This document shows, one piece after another, positions 1-13,517 of a DNA stretch of 64,000 bases (position 1 is its first letter; every line of letters begins with the position of its first letter). Origin of the DNA: Lepidodermella squamata (taxonomy: Eukaryota; Animalia; Gastrotricha). The position numbers and the translations under genes are program-made. Under the pieces are notes generated by a model. It saw only the letters and a program-made list of their open reading frames with translations, searched no databases and had not been told where the DNA came from. The stretch is taken from contig JBLDXI010000009.1 of assembly GCA_047495785.1 (NCBI GenBank), forward strand, positions 4,216,001 to 4,280,000. The letters are read 5' to 3'.

Positions 1-475
1 AATGGCTCACTAAGTTCACACCAAGGCGTATCGCCCCATTTGGTTGAGGATTCGTTATTATCGATGGCCAGATAGCCAAATCATAATTGCCTGAAAGCAA
101 GGAGAATCAGTCCTTCTAATGTCAGGCTATAGCAAACTATTTACTTGTATTGCCATTCTCCAACGAAAACTGGTTCAAAGGAGTATCGACAGGATAGTTC
201 CAAATGAGAGCTATAGACATATGCATTACATTTCCAACTGACTTTATACTTCACGGGAATTTACATGTTGTGCAGTCTGAACCAATCCAACCCGGGAGAC
301 ATGTGCAGACATTTGTAGCTGTGCAATAAGCATTTGTTGGGCAATCGGGTGAACAGCCTTGAAATCGTCAAACAAGTTCGGAGTTTCACTTTTTTGATAA
401 TGGTCAAAACATACTCTGCGCATCAGCAAGCCCAAACAGTAATACAGCAAAAAGAGATTGTTCTAAAATCTTCAT
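1..475 (-). CDS. 5' part of a fourth EGF/L-type-lectin/FReD family gene (runs off the window start)
   Basis: ATG at 475 gives signal peptide MKILEQSLFAVLLFGLADAQ, then a GT-AG intron, an EGF-like exon (GCSPDCPTNAYCTATNVCTCLPGWIGSDCTT), and a mini-exon LIWNYPVDTPLNQFSLENGN matching TTWNFQAIPQLSFDSSN of the next paralog. Only one N-terminal EGF. The FReD is inferred from the paralogs, not visible. Confidence 0.8.
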
Positions 476-785
476 GATTTCCGAACGAAATGTAGTTTTA
501 TTCTCGAAGACTGAACACCGACGGATAATCGCTTGCTTAATAATTGATGAAACACTCGTCAACCGTTCAAGAATCTCACCTTCGCTGGATTCATCATAGC
601 AACGCCGAGAAGGGTGTTGGCGCGAATCAAAAAACAAATCAGCGATAACAGTTTAGGTGTGGAAAAACAATCAGCTCTAGATATTATTGATTACCTAAAT
701 CGATCAAGCAGCAAAGAACACTACTTTAACTACTTTAACTACTTTTTCGGCGAGTTTCCAAAAACGGAAAGAATTCCATGTTAAT

Positions 786-890
786 CCGTCGTTTGGACGT
801 ATATTCGATGACCATGGATCGAATATAGGATATCGATGACCTTGAATCGGTACAAAAGCGGTTCACAAAAGGACTGCTCTATCGATGTTG
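786..890 (+). mobile_element. Short CR1-type LINE ORF2 remnant
   Basis: Encodes DIDDLESVQKRFTKGLLYR, the typical post-RT motif of CR1-clade LINEs; same motif as the remnant near 21700. Confidence 0.55.
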
Positions 891-1850
891 ATAAACAATT
901 TGCAATAAAATGAGTTTGAGTATGAGGATAATAAATGGCAACAAATCAAATTTCGAGTAATCAAATTTCAAGTAAAAAATGCTTTTAATTACAGCGAACA
1001 AATTAATGTAAAATCAATCTTAGTCTTCTTCTGTTGAATAAAAGACAAACCCCGACTCGTAATCTCGTAATATCTGAGATCTGAGTATATTGTTATTCCG
1101 GGTTTAGGAACATCTTCTGATGTCCGTCCGAAGTTGCGTAATACGCGCCGGAGTTGGGCGCGTGCACGTCCGCAGAACGAGAGCCGAAGCGTCCGAATAC
1201 GAAGAGCCGAAGTTACACGCATCCAAACAATAAAACCGGGCGCAACAACGCAGTAAATTAGACAACACCGAAAGCGACAGCTTTTAAGATTTGTATCCAA
1301 GCTCTTGTAGTCCACAGAGTTTGAAGGTAGCGGGTGACTAAGAAAACATCTTGTTTTCGCCTCTTCATTCACGTCTAAAACGCCGCTTTTTACTTGTCAT
1401 CAACGACCTTGAGTAGGATGTAAACAAGCCTAAATCCGAGTTATTCAACGATCGATATCTGCCATAAGATTTTTTATTGGGAAATGATTATCCATGACAA
1501 GGTATTGTTTCTCTAATCGATTTCACAAAAAACTATTTATGAGGAGGGAGACGACGATATGAAGATCTCTGTCCGTCACGTCCTCACAAAGTATATCGAG
1601 AATGGTAGCTGCTTCAGTCAGAATTTTTTTTGGTTATTTAATAAGGAAATTAAGATGGCTTTACGGTCGTGGTCAGCTCGAAATATTTGATAACCAGTCA
1701 AGGGGAACAACAAGATTTTGTCTCGATTCTTGATGGACTGAAAATAGATGCAGTGATGAGTCAGGTTTTCAAAAAAAATTATATAATGGCTATCAATTTC
1801 TCAGGTTCATGGTGTCCATTTTAAGTCGCAGACATCAGATTCGAATGCTC

Positions 1851-4602
1851 CTACTTCAATCGAAATTCTATCGCCTGCATGGAGTAAATATTGTCGAGAA
1901 AGTAAAAGCTTGAAATTCCGCGTGCCCAATAAGGAGCTACGCCTGGTATGTAGCCATAATAGTACTTCCCGAACATATTCCTGCGAAGTGAACAGAAATA
2001 ATCTGACATGATTCAGGCTATACGTAGTGACAGTAACTCACAGGTAATGACAAGTAACACCGTTGTACCAGACAGGACCGTTATAAGTGTTAATACATCC
2101 ACCGACGTCATTGTCGAGCGCCCTGAAAGAACCTCCGTTGAACGAACTCAGGGGATCACCTGGAAGTAATGATGAGAAATAAATGCTCAAATCATCATTC
2201 ATCCAATCGCATTACTTACCGGTAACCCCAGATGAAGCTGAGAAACCACTTGCTGTCAAGGTGAAACTGGTTGCTGCTCCGATTGTGAACGAAGTATAAC
2301 GGACGAAAGCCTTATTCGCATCTTTTTCCCACGGCGAAAAAAGTATGACTAGCTCTTTAGGGGTCATCGCCAACCGGTATAAATTGTCAAGGCCAATAAA
2401 GAATTCTCCATCGGCACTGCCAATGTATTTCCTCATGTTGGCTAGAGATTGTCGGGTGAACAGAGCTTCGTTGCTTCCATCTTTCCTCCGAAGGAATACC
2501 GTATAACCGCCACCCCCACCAGCTAGACTGTCGCCGACCATATCGCACCAGACCTCAAAGAAAGCCCCACCATCGGGTGAGATCGCGTACACCCCAGATC
2601 GTCGCACACCACGAGCGAATGCGTCCGAGCAGCTAGTATAGTTTTGCGGCACACAATACGGTGCCCAGCGATTTTTGAAACATGCTGTCACACAGTTGTG
2701 GTAGGGCTTTGGACAACCGGCAAGCTGCTGGCAAGTCAACTGCCTACTGAATGCCCTGTAGGGGAAATTTGTAGCTTTCAGTGAAAAGTGGCTGTTTCCA
2801 GCCGAGCAGATTATTGCAGGAGAGGGAGCAGCAAGTGTTACAGTTTTCAAAAGTTGACACGTGTTGGAATCAGATAGGTAGTTACCTCCCACACAAAGAG
2901 CTGTAGCGGTACATAGTGTTATACATCGGCTCACTGAGTTGACATTAGGAATCTCAGAAATGATGTCAGAAGCCGTTGTATTCATTAGGTAATCGTTGAC
3001 AACGGTAACCGTGTTAGCAACAGGCATGCTACAATCGGATCCGGTGAGATTGGCTGGGCACCAGCAGTAATTAGGCCCGCGGCATACTCCCCCATTGAGG
3101 CAGGGTAAGTCACAGATAGCTGTGGGAAATTTTACCCATAGATAGATAGTTCCACATTGGCTAAGGAAGATTAACTTACGAATGCTACATTTAGGCCCCG
3201 AGTAACCCGGGGAACATCGACAGGAAGGTGACCCAAAGCCATCGTCATTGCATTCACCAAATAGACAAGGTGGATCGCAAGTATCCCGGGTATAAAATTT
3301 GATGTCAATAATATCAAGAGTTTCGTAATGGCCACCGGCTGTCCCGGAAATTCCGAAGAAAACTGGCTGGGGTATTCGCGATAGATCAACGTTGGTAATA
3401 TTGCTGAATCGCGTTATGCATCGCGTGACGTTACACATATAAATCTGTGAAAGCTTACTTCAGGAGCCATAGATAGCAATATGAAAACGGCTCACTGATT
3501 TCAACTTATTGTCTTGAAATTCGAGCCCATAGTGCCACTTTTGTCGCCAGAATACGCCTTTAGGCGTAGCGATAGACAGCCTCCCGAAGTTTGGCAAACT
3601 TACATCGCAAAAGGGATGGAAGGTATAGTTTGTTGAGAAGTAGTACAAGAAGTGCCCATTATCTGGCATTGTGCTAAGCGTCAGACCCTGTCGAGTAGGT
3701 AGCGCACAGCTGTCGTAGCGACTAGCTGTAGGGAAATAGGCATGTTTCGCCTCATTAGAAAATAAGAAGTCTGTTACCAGTATTATTTCCAACGCGAGGA
3801 ACACTAATTCCGCTGATAAATTCGAAGGCGAACTGTTCCACGCCTCCCGTTTGCGAATTGCGTCCAACTTCGAAAGTGATGTTAACATTAAAGTCTCGCA
3901 AGCCGCTGATAGGCTAGTGCACAGATTTTTTATACTAGGCAGAGCTCATTTCAAACTTTTCTTACCGATTTTGAATACATGTTGCCAATAGGAGCCCACG
4001 TAGCGGGTAGAAGTCGAAGGGCTTTGACTGCTTGGTTGTAGGCAGCTTGGACGAACCAGTCGTAGTTATCTTCAAACGAAAATGTCGATGCTGATAAAGC
4101 TATCATAACGATTCGAACTCACTGATGTTGCTGCTGTCGAAGCTGAGTTGAGGAATCGCTTGGAAGTTCCAAGTTGTTACTAAAGATAAGTTCATTCCAA
4201 AATTTGAAAAGATGCACCTGCAAGACAAGCTAACCGTTGCTGCAGTCCGATCCGGACCAGTCAGGTAAACAGGTGCAAGTGTTTGTGTCTGTGCAAGCAG
4301 CATTTGCTGGGCAAATCGGGGTGCAATTCGCGGCTAGGAAACAGCCAGCAGCAGTTTTCATTTTTGATGTAGCAAAAAATCTCAATACCTATTTCGCATG
4401 CCGTACCTATCCATCCGCCAATGCAAGCGCATGTATCGGTAGCTACGCAGGTTCCACTGTTTTGACACGGTTGAGTGCAATCTAAAAAGCAAGAGAATAA
4501 GACAAAGACTGTTCATAAGCCATCATAATTAAACATGCTTTGACCCGAAATTTCCGCTACATTCACAAGAAATACGCAGAAAATGAAGACGCCAATTTCC
4601 AT
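1851..4602 (-). CDS. Secreted EGF-EGF-L-type lectin-like-EGF-EGF-PAN-fibrinogen-related domain protein, copy A (multi-exon)
   Basis: Signal MEIGVFIFCVFLVNVAEISGQ (ATG 4602); EGF repeats; lectin-like end motif DLSRIPQPVFFGISGTAGGHYETLDIIDIKF; PAN motif RCITLCTATALCVGGNYLSDSNTCQL; FReD motifs SGVYAISPDG..FEVWCDM..GGYTVFLRRKDGS..FFIGLDNLYRL; ends EFRLK* at 1851. Confidence 0.88.
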
Positions 4603-5720
4603 TGCTATAAAATTACTTCTTCAAGCTGACTTTTTTTAAGCAATAGATTTTTAAGGATTTTAAGCAATAGATTGGGAATGTATTGTTATTTGAAGCTGAA
4701 TAAGTCATTGCCTCGTGTTGTCTTCTGTCTTATTTAGCTTGCGCTCAGACAGTCGATTGATTAGCGATACAATAACACCTACTCAATTTATCGCAGCCAT
4801 ATTTACTTTTCCCCAAATATCTCAAGACCCGACAAATGGCTCATTCTTTTTACAAGTCGCGTGATTTTACATTTCTTGGTTAGCATATTCTTGACAATTG
4901 CGTAAACACGTTCTACTGCCCAAACATTGCGCAAAATTAGGGCGATATCAGATTTCAGCTGCATTTTTTATGAATTGTCTTGTCCTCATCCCCAAATCAC
5001 GGTACCATAGGCAGTGGCATTTTGGCATAACTCCAGATTATCCGGCCAGACTCTGAAAGTTAGTTCAGGAAATATTTGACACCCTGATCTATGTAGAGGG
5101 AGAAACCTCGATTTGAAGAATCTTTTGTAGTCACAGCTTTATCGAGCCATCGAATTGCGTAGCTTTTTATCACGCCTCCGTCGTATTTTCCGCAGGTAAA
5201 ATACGAAAGACGAACGAAGGAAAAGTCAATTGTGAAAAATTCCATCCGATAAACCGATGGCAATGTGACAAGTAAATTTCCGGTCGGAATAATTCATGAT
5301 CTAGCCGTTAGGTGCGTGCAGTTGACTTATTGAATATTAATGACACGCTTTAGTTATTCGACACGCACCTTCGAGATGTTTCGTTTTATTGCAAAATAAC
5401 TATCGATGATTGGGCATATTTCTAATATTCTTCATGCGAGATCTTTCTCTTTCTGTCAAATATACGATAATGAAGAGGATGAACCGAAGACTGGTTTCGG
5501 GATGCGAACAGTAGAAATCATTCTGGAAATTACAGGTGGCTATCAGGTTTATCAGATTCTTCAAGATCCAGAGACAAGAACATCGAAGAATTTTCCTTGA
5601 TAGATTGATAGTACATATCGCGACTTGCGAGCCACAACAGTGTGCCGGGAATAGAAACAAATGGCGTAAAGCGTGAAACAATTTTGTTGTCATTTTTTTC
5701 TATTCCAAGGAGACATTTTT

Positions 5721-5760
5721 GGCTCACGAGGCTCACGAGGCTCACGATACACTCACGAGG
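5721..5760. repeat. Short tandem repeat of GGCTCACGA (about 4 units, last degenerate)
   Basis: Seen directly. Confidence 0.7.
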
Positions 5761-5865
5761 CGTCAGATCTTCAAATAACATAAAATTGCTACACTTCTCA
5801 CGTTCTCAAGTTCATGGCATGCACAAAGCCTCAGAAATAGGCTTCCAATGCTCCCAGATTGCGAG

Positions 5866-8700
5866 CTACTTCAACCGAAATTCTATTGCCTGCATGGAGT
5901 AAATATTGTCGAGAAAGTAAAAGCTTGAAATTCCGCGTGCCCAATAAGGAGCTACGCCTGGTATGTAGCCATAATAGTACTTCCCGAACATATTCCTGCG
6001 AAGTGAACAGAAATAATCTGACATGATTCAGGCTATACGTAGTGACAGTAACTCACAGGTAATGACAAGTAACACCGTTGTACCAGACAGGACCGTTATA
6101 AGTGTTAATACATCCACCGACGTCATTGTCGAGCGCCCTGAAAGAACCTCCGTTGAACGAACTCAGGGGATCACCTGGAAGTAATGATGAGAAATAAATG
6201 CTCAAATCATCATTCATCCAATCGCATTACTTACCGGTAACCCCAGATGAAGCTGAGAAACCACTTGCTGTCAAGGTGAAACTGGTTGCTGCTCCGATTG
6301 TGAACGAAGTATAACGGACGAAAGCCTTATTCGCATCTTTTTCCCACGGCGAAAAAAGTATGACTAGCTCTTTAGGGGTCAGCGCCAACCGGTATAAATT
6401 GTCAAGACCAATAAAGAATTCCCCATCGGCACTGCCAATGTATTTCCTCATGTTGGCTAGGGATTGCCGGGTAAACAGAGCTTCGTTGCTGCCGTCCTTT
6501 CTACGAAGGAAGACCGTATAACCGCCACCCCCACCAGCTAGACTGTCGCCGACCATATCGCACCAGACCTCAAAGAAAGCCCCACCATCGGGTGAGATCG
6601 CGTACACTCCTGATCGCCGTTCGCCTTTTGCGAAAGCATCTGCGCAGCTGGTGTAGTTCACAGCCGGGACACAAGATGGTACCCAACGCGCACTGACACA
6701 CGTTGTAGAACAGGCCTGGTACGGCTTAGAGCAACCACCGAACTGCTCGCAAGTCAACTGCCTGCTGAAAGCTCGGTATGGGAAATTTCCTGCACTCAAT
6801 GATAAATGATAGTTTCCTGTCGAGCATGTCAGTGACGAGCTCAATGAAGCAATTTTAAATAGCCGGCATGATTGGATATCTGAGAAGTAGTTGCCGCTCA
6901 AACAAGACGCGGTGCTGTTGCAACGGCTGATGCATCGTGTTAAGGAATTGATGTTCGGGATGTCAGAAATAACGTCGCTCGCAGAAGGAGCCATCAGGTG
7001 ATAGTCGGTTACAATCACGGTCTGACTCCAAACAGGCATGCTGCAGTCAGATCCCGTGAAATCTGCTGGGCAACTGCAATAGTTTGGTCCACGACATACT
7101 CCCCCGTTCAGGCATGGTTGACCGCAAACAGCTACATATCAAAGACATTGAAGACAGTTACCTTCGATAAGAATGGGTTAAACGGAATAGAATTTAACTC
7201 AAGCTACGTTTTCAACTTAATTTCGAAATTAATTAAGGTCTACGTGACCATAGTTATGGTGCGAATGAATAAACTCACGAATATTGCACGCTTGACCTGT
7301 GTAACCAGGTGAGCATTGGCAAGCTGCTGTGAAGCCTGTGGGGTCGCACTCTCCGAAAACGCATTTCGGATCGCACGTATCTCGCGTGTAAACTTTGATA
7401 TCATAGATGTCCACATTTTGAGACCCGGCGGCTCCATATCCGGAAAACCCGAAGAATACAGGCTGCGGTAACTGAGATAGGTCGACCGAAAGATTGCTAA
7501 ATCGAGTGGCACATCCTGTAACGTTGCAGAGGTAAATCTGCAATAAAATCACAACAGTATTTGTTAGAAAACATGTGGCACTTTCTTTCGATACCGATTT
7601 CAGCTTGAAATCCTGAAATTCAAGGCCATAATGCCACTTCTGGCGCCAGAAAAAGCTCCCGTTAACTCCGGGACTGAAGGTGCCTACATTGCCGGCATTT
7701 GGCTCGCACATTGGAACGTGATTTGAGTTGTTTTTCGTAAAGTGGATGTTCATTCGCGCGCTACCAGGCTGGGTCGATATTGTTAGACCGATGCGAGCGG
7801 TTGATTGCGTGCATGTTATAAATCTCGCTATTTGAACAAGAGGAATGTCAAGTTGGAAATCATTTGAATGCTTGCATGATACCTTTCGGTCGGGGCACGC
7901 TTATTCCACTCAAAAAATCAAAAGAAAACATTTTTGGGCCAGTTGTCGAGGCTGATTTTCCGATTTCGAATGTTACATTGAGGTTGAAATCTCGTAAGCC
8001 AGTAATTGGCTGAATAATATTGAGATTAAACTTTTTGTGGCTCAAATGGCTTCCTTACCGTTTTCGCGTACATGTAGCCAGTGGAAGCCCAATCGGTGTC
8101 AAGAAGCCGGACTGCTTTGATCGAACTTTCCACCGAACCGCTGAAATACAATTCATAATTGCCTATGAAAGTAGATTTTAGTTATTGACACCTGGAAGAA
8201 CTATTTAGCTTACTAATGTTGCCATTATCCAGGCTGAATTGGGGGATCATACTGTCTGATGGTAATGACCAAGTCGTTGCTAAAAACCATTCAAATTTGA
8301 AAGAAAAATTGTAAACCTAGGAACTGAATTACCGATGTCGCAATTAGTACCCGACCAACCGGGCAGGCATGTGCAGTTGTTGGTATCCACACACATCGCA
8401 TTGACAGGACAGGCCGGAGTACAAGTTACGACTGGAACATGATAAAAATGTGAACAAACTCAGATATAATTGCAACCCTGTTACTTGTGTCGCAAGTTGC
8501 CCCTCCCCATCCACCGATGCATGCACAAGTGTCTGTGCTGACGCATGTTCCGAAGTTTTGGCATGGATTAGTACAGGTGGCTTTATTAATAAACAAACCA
8601 TTAGACGTATTTCTAAATAAATATTTATCTTACCTTGGCTAGTAACAATCGGTAAGTTTACAGCTAAAATTGCCAACAAAGTAATCGCAAGAAAATCCAT
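5866..8700 (-). CDS. EGF/L-type lectin/PAN/FReD protein, copy B (multi-exon)
   Basis: Signal MDFLAITLLAILAVNLPIVTSQ (ATG 8700); same exon layout as copy A; DLSQLPQPVFFGFSG; FReD nearly identical to copy A; stop at 5866. Confidence 0.88.
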
Positions 8701-9508
8701 GGAGAACCGAATTATTGGACGTGTTTGAAGACTGGACAAAACTGAAGCAACGAAGGAAGGTGAACGGCAAGCATTTGCTAGCCCTTTTAATATTTAAGCA
8801 TTTGATCCAACTTAAAGCCAAGACACGATAAATATTCCATTATTCTGCAAGTTCATGCAAAGCTTTCTCACGCTATTGCGGCGTCTTTATTGCCAACGTC
8901 AAATTCTGCCGCTATCTAATTAACCATATTTGTATGCATTTCGATCAAATATTTTCGATTCCTATTGAAGCAGCAAAGCTAAGTATTCCAGCCACATTGT
9001 CAATGCCTTGTTTGCTTAGTAGCCGCTGGAAATTATTGTTAATACGTAGTAACAGTCATTCAAGAATGCAGGGCTGGAAAAAGTGTAAAACCTTCCGCTA
9101 CCGCAAGTCGGAAGTTCTCCAAACTTCCAAATTTCCCATCAGAATTTTTCATTCAAATTTTCATACGTTGGTATATTCGTTTATTTGCTGATACTTTCTT
9201 TTGGCTTATGTGAATACGCGATTGGTGCCTACAATAATCCATAACAATGAGTAATAAATTTAATTTGCAAGGCTTTCGATTTTCACTGGATTGGAAATTT
9301 ATCACGTATTATTTCGCGCGTGTCAGCCGTGGGAAATCGATACGATTCATTCATTCATTCATTCATTCATAACTATACAGATTTTTTTCTGAATTCTTGC
9401 TCCGTATCTTTTCTTCAATAATCGACTTCTTATTCAATATTTAGGTAATTGCTTGATTTAATTTTGCATTGCTTTTGCATCGCGTTGCTTGGCATTTGCA
9501 TTTTTGCA

Positions 9509-12507
9509 ATGGCTGAGAGCACACCTAAGCAGAAGGTTCCGCCCTCCCACGAAATGGTGGACTGTTATTATTGCGTTCAAAATAATGTAAGTTTATGAAA
9601 ATGAATAGCTTATTGGAAGTTATAGTCGGACGCCGCTTGGTTTCTCTCTAGTTTTTAAACAGAATTTTCAGACTAAATTGTTGTATTCTTTTAGGTTAGT
9701 AAACCAACGCATCGCTTCGACCATCTCGACGCACACACGTTGAAGAAACATCCAGGCAAAAAAAACGAATTCAGCCAAAAGGAGCACAGCGACTGTTGCC
9801 TTTTCAACGGCAATCAAGTCCAGAAGTCAGCGAAGAGCTTGCGGCGCTGGCAATTCATCAAGTTTCCGACGAAACCTGCGAGGATGATGTGTTTTCCAAC
9901 ATCTTGCCGTCTAGTCGACCGTCGAGCAGACTGCAGAGTCGGCAAAGCACCCGAACTTTAAATAGTGCATCGTCAGTCTCATCTTTTTCTGACGTCACTC
10001 AGGTGGAGACCGACGTCAAAGAAATGAAAAAGATGCTGGAAAATTTAATGCAGAGAATGACAGCTAATGATAGCAACTCGAAGGTTAGCCAGCCAACCCA
10101 GAATTCGAAAGATCGTCGAACGTTGATCATTAGATCGACAACTGTTCAAGAGGCTATCAAACAAACTGGCTGTTTTACGATAGTCGAAGAGATCGGAGTC
10201 AAACATCGTGAGCATTTCAAAGTCCAATAACTAGTTATATTCTTTTCAATGGAATCTTTTTTCCAGCCATTTGCAAACTTTGTACGAAGAACGGGTCGCT
10301 GGCCACTAATGTTGGTCGCATTTCCTATAAATTCGAAGCAGGGGAGGAGTTCGATGACAGGGATCAACCGGACGAATTCCGCAATTGGAAGAAGAAGCTC
10401 GCCGATCATTGTGAGACTCAAACGCATATTAAAGCCGAGGCTGAAAATCGAGAAGACGAAGCAGCGATACTGAAACTGGATTCAAGAGACGTTGAGATTG
10501 GTATGAGATTGGGGCGAACAATTTTGCTCATCGCGAACAGGTTAGATGAGTAGTTTTTTCCACATTTGGTTTATTTCTCAAATTATTTTAAGAGCTTTAC
10601 CCCACGCTGATTATGAATATCAAGTATCGAAAGATGCGCGAAACGGGGTTGATGTTGGAGAGCTCAATCATTCTAGGAAGTTTTGTGCCGATTTGATCGG
10701 AGACCTTCATGCCGAGCTTGTCTTGCACTTTATCAGTGAGTCATCGAAACCTTTGCCAGCTACCAAACGCCCGTCGCCGATCTCGATTCTGCAGGACAAA
10801 ATGACCGCAAAACGAAGCACAGGTCAGCTTCTCGGTATCGCGATTTATTTTCGAGGTCGAATTCGAGCAATGTTCTTGGAAAACAAAGTCGTCGAAGACC
10901 ACACAGGTTTGTCTGTGCTTTCAAATTTGAAATCGGTAATGAAATATGATACATTAAGGTTACGGTATTGCTAAAATGAGCCTCGAAGGATTGAAACGGC
11001 TGATGAAGCTGACGAAAAGCGAGTTAAAGAAGCGTCTTACCGGCGTTGCTCACGACGGCCAGTACGTGAAGCTCAAAGTTCAGCATCATATGACTGCGGA
11101 GCTTGATTTCGAAGTTTGGCTCACGTGCACTTGGGATCTCCGGCTCATCGCTTGGAACTTGCTTTTGCTGATGTTTTCCCTGAATGGGCTGATACGCTGA
11201 AAGCCCTTATTACGGAAGTTCTCAAAAGCGTCGGTCGAGGAAAAGCTTACCATGAGCTTCAGCAGTTCGCCAAGGCGAATAACGAAAAAATTTTCAGCGT
11301 CTCGCTATTTTCAGGTGAATATTTTATCTGACGATTAAAGATTAATTCTGTCTGGGGATTTATTTTGATAATTAATTGAACTTTAGGCACCCGATTCGCT
11401 GCCTACGCCACTGTTGTTCTCGTGAATTTTCGCAAAAACTATCCCTATCTGATTCAGCAACTGACCACGCACGATGATCCAATAATATTGAAGAAGATCT
11501 CTTGTCCCAGATTTCCTCTTCAGCTGGAGGGCTTGATCGACATTTATGAAGTCGCGACAAAACTGTCTCTTACTTTCCAGACTTTTGAAACCCTGCCTTG
11601 GGAAATCGCTGGCTCGGTCAAACGCGCCAAGATGCGTCTTCTTACAATGAGCGAGGCCGATGATATTGATGAAGAATATTTTCCCAATCTGTCCAACGCT
11701 CTTCGTGAAGTTAGCAGCGGTAGGTACCGTGGAATTGAACTCTCGTCCCAGGAAAATGACGGCGCCCCTTCACAATCAACCCGTCAGTGCAAGTCGTCTG
11801 CTGCTCGCGACGGTGATTTGGCTGAAAGCGTGGTACAGCAAGTGAAAAAGCTCTGCGGAGATCTTCAGGTCGCGATTCGCAAAAGGTTCGAAGATGACAC
11901 CAACAGCAAGGTGATCAATCTTGCAGGTAATGTTTTTGATGTAAAACTCATCAAAACAGGAACTGAAATGCCGGTAAATGACCTGAAAAGTTTGGTTGCT
12001 TTGGCGAATGAAAATGGCCAGGATTTTGACGGTGATTTGTTGGCTGAACAATACGAGATCTGGTGCGATCGCGTGCGACAACTTCCAGCTACTTTTTTTG
12101 AGCGACCTATCGACGTTCTGTACAAGTCGTTGAAAGATCAGAACATGTACGACGGGATCAGTGACCTCATGCATCTTTATTTAACATGCGCGCTGAAAAC
12201 GCACAATGAGTCTGTTGTTGAGTCCATGGGCTCGGTGGCCGATCGACACAATCGAAAGGGCCGTGATATCGACGGCGACATGCTAAATGCTGAGGTATTT
12301 CTTCACTGGAACGGCCCAAATCCAGTCGGCAGGAGTGCTGATATTCTGATACGGAAGGCCTTGGATCGCCATTTTGCCAATCAACCTGGCTGGCATTTTG
12401 TGCGAAAGTCGAACGCCGATCGACTAAAGACCCGCACGTTCAGCGAGGTGGTTGACCGAATTTTAAAAGAAGAGGGACATATCGAATTCCCGATCCCTGA
12501 GAACTAA
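9509..12507 (+). pseudogene. Intron-containing hAT-type DDE transposase with three apparent frameshifts
   Basis: N-terminal zinc-finger-like CYYC..HLDAHTLKKH; second CKLC..H..TH finger; DKMT, DGQY, WD(P)AHRLEL (DxxH) and ESVVESMGS..NGP motifs. Frame breaks at the A-run 9758-9765, near 10218 and near 11138. Confidence 0.8.
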
Positions 12508-12536
12508 ACATTCTTCTGCACAGAGAAAGTGATTGG

Positions 12537-13274
12537 CAAAGTGCTCGAATTTCCAAAAAATTGGGAAGCTGACAGCGCTTGGGGGAATTAGCGGAAGATC
12601 GGAATCGCAGAACTGACCTCGGATTCGGAATCAGCGCGAAATTTTGACCAATAAAATGTGTTGCACGAACAATTTCCGGCATTTTTTCAGGGGGCAATAA
12701 ATTTTATTACCACAGGTAATTACCGGTAATTAGTATGGCTCCTGATGACTGTCGAATTTCCGGAAAATAATGATGCCATCGTGATCAGCGACCTCCCTTC
12801 CCCTTGGAACCCTCAAGGACACCGGTAATTGCTGATAGGAAATCAGCGTAATTTCTCAAGAAACTTGTCCAGATTGCGGCAGGGATGAAAATAAGTAGAA
12901 ATCCAGCTCATTTGAGGAAAACTGGGAACCGCGGGTTAGGGAACAGGAATATTGGGAAATTGGACCGATTTCTTATCAGCAATTACCGGTGTCCTTGAGG
13001 GTTCCAAGGGGAAGGGAGGTCGCTGATCACGATGGCATCATTATTTTCCGGAAATTCGACAGTCATCAGGAGCCATACTAATTACCGGTAATTACCTGTG
13101 GTAATAAAATTTATTGCCCCCTGAAAAAATGCCGGAAATTGTTCGTGCAACACATTTTATTGGTCAAAATTTCGCGCTGATTCCGAATCCGAGGTCAGTT
13201 CTGCGATTCCGATCTTCCGCTAATTCCCCCAAGCGCTGTCAGCTTCCCAATTTTTTGGAAATTCGAGCACTTTG
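12537..13274. repeat. Long near-perfect inverted repeat: arms 12537-12844 and 12967-13274 (308 bp), 122-bp spacer
   Basis: Arms read as reverse complements (CAAAGTGCTCGAATT... / ...AATTCGAGCACTTTG); I see one mismatch, near the inner end. Confidence 0.95.
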
Positions 13275-13517
13275 AGGGAAAAGTTAATTTTCGGAATTTT
13301 GATGATGCGAGATGAAAGAACTAATAAATAACCCATTATTACTCAGTTGACACATTTCTCAACGTAATTTTGACAAAGATTAAGTGAAAATCATGATTTG
13401 AAAATTTTTCCAAATTTCCTAAATCTTCCGCTACCGCTGATACCGTGATAGGACAATATTTCCAGCCCTGCAAGAATGTCATTCATGCAAATCAATATTG
13501 CGGCGTTATAAAACGAT

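Larger units (their letters stand above)
9069..13470 (+). mobile_element. hAT-superfamily DNA transposon, full length (4402 bp)
   Basis: 12-bp perfect TIRs CAGGGCTGGAAA (9069-9080) / TTTCCAGCCCTG (13459-13470); exact 8-bp TSD CAAGAATG at 9061-9068 and 13471-13478; motif CTTCCGCTACCGC near both ends; internal transposase gene. Confidence 0.93.

Noticed and set aside
989-1372. 127-aa minus-strand ORF
   Set aside because: Non-ATG start and no recognisable domain or splice structure.
5365-5420. Possible hammerhead on the minus strand (stem followed by GAAAC-ATC) with a vaguely Penelope-like upstream region
   Set aside because: The CUGANGA core is missing and there is no convincing GIY-YIG motif.
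12741-12775. CTGATGA...GAAA within the palindrome arm
   Set aside because: No stem II between the motifs, so not a hammerhead.
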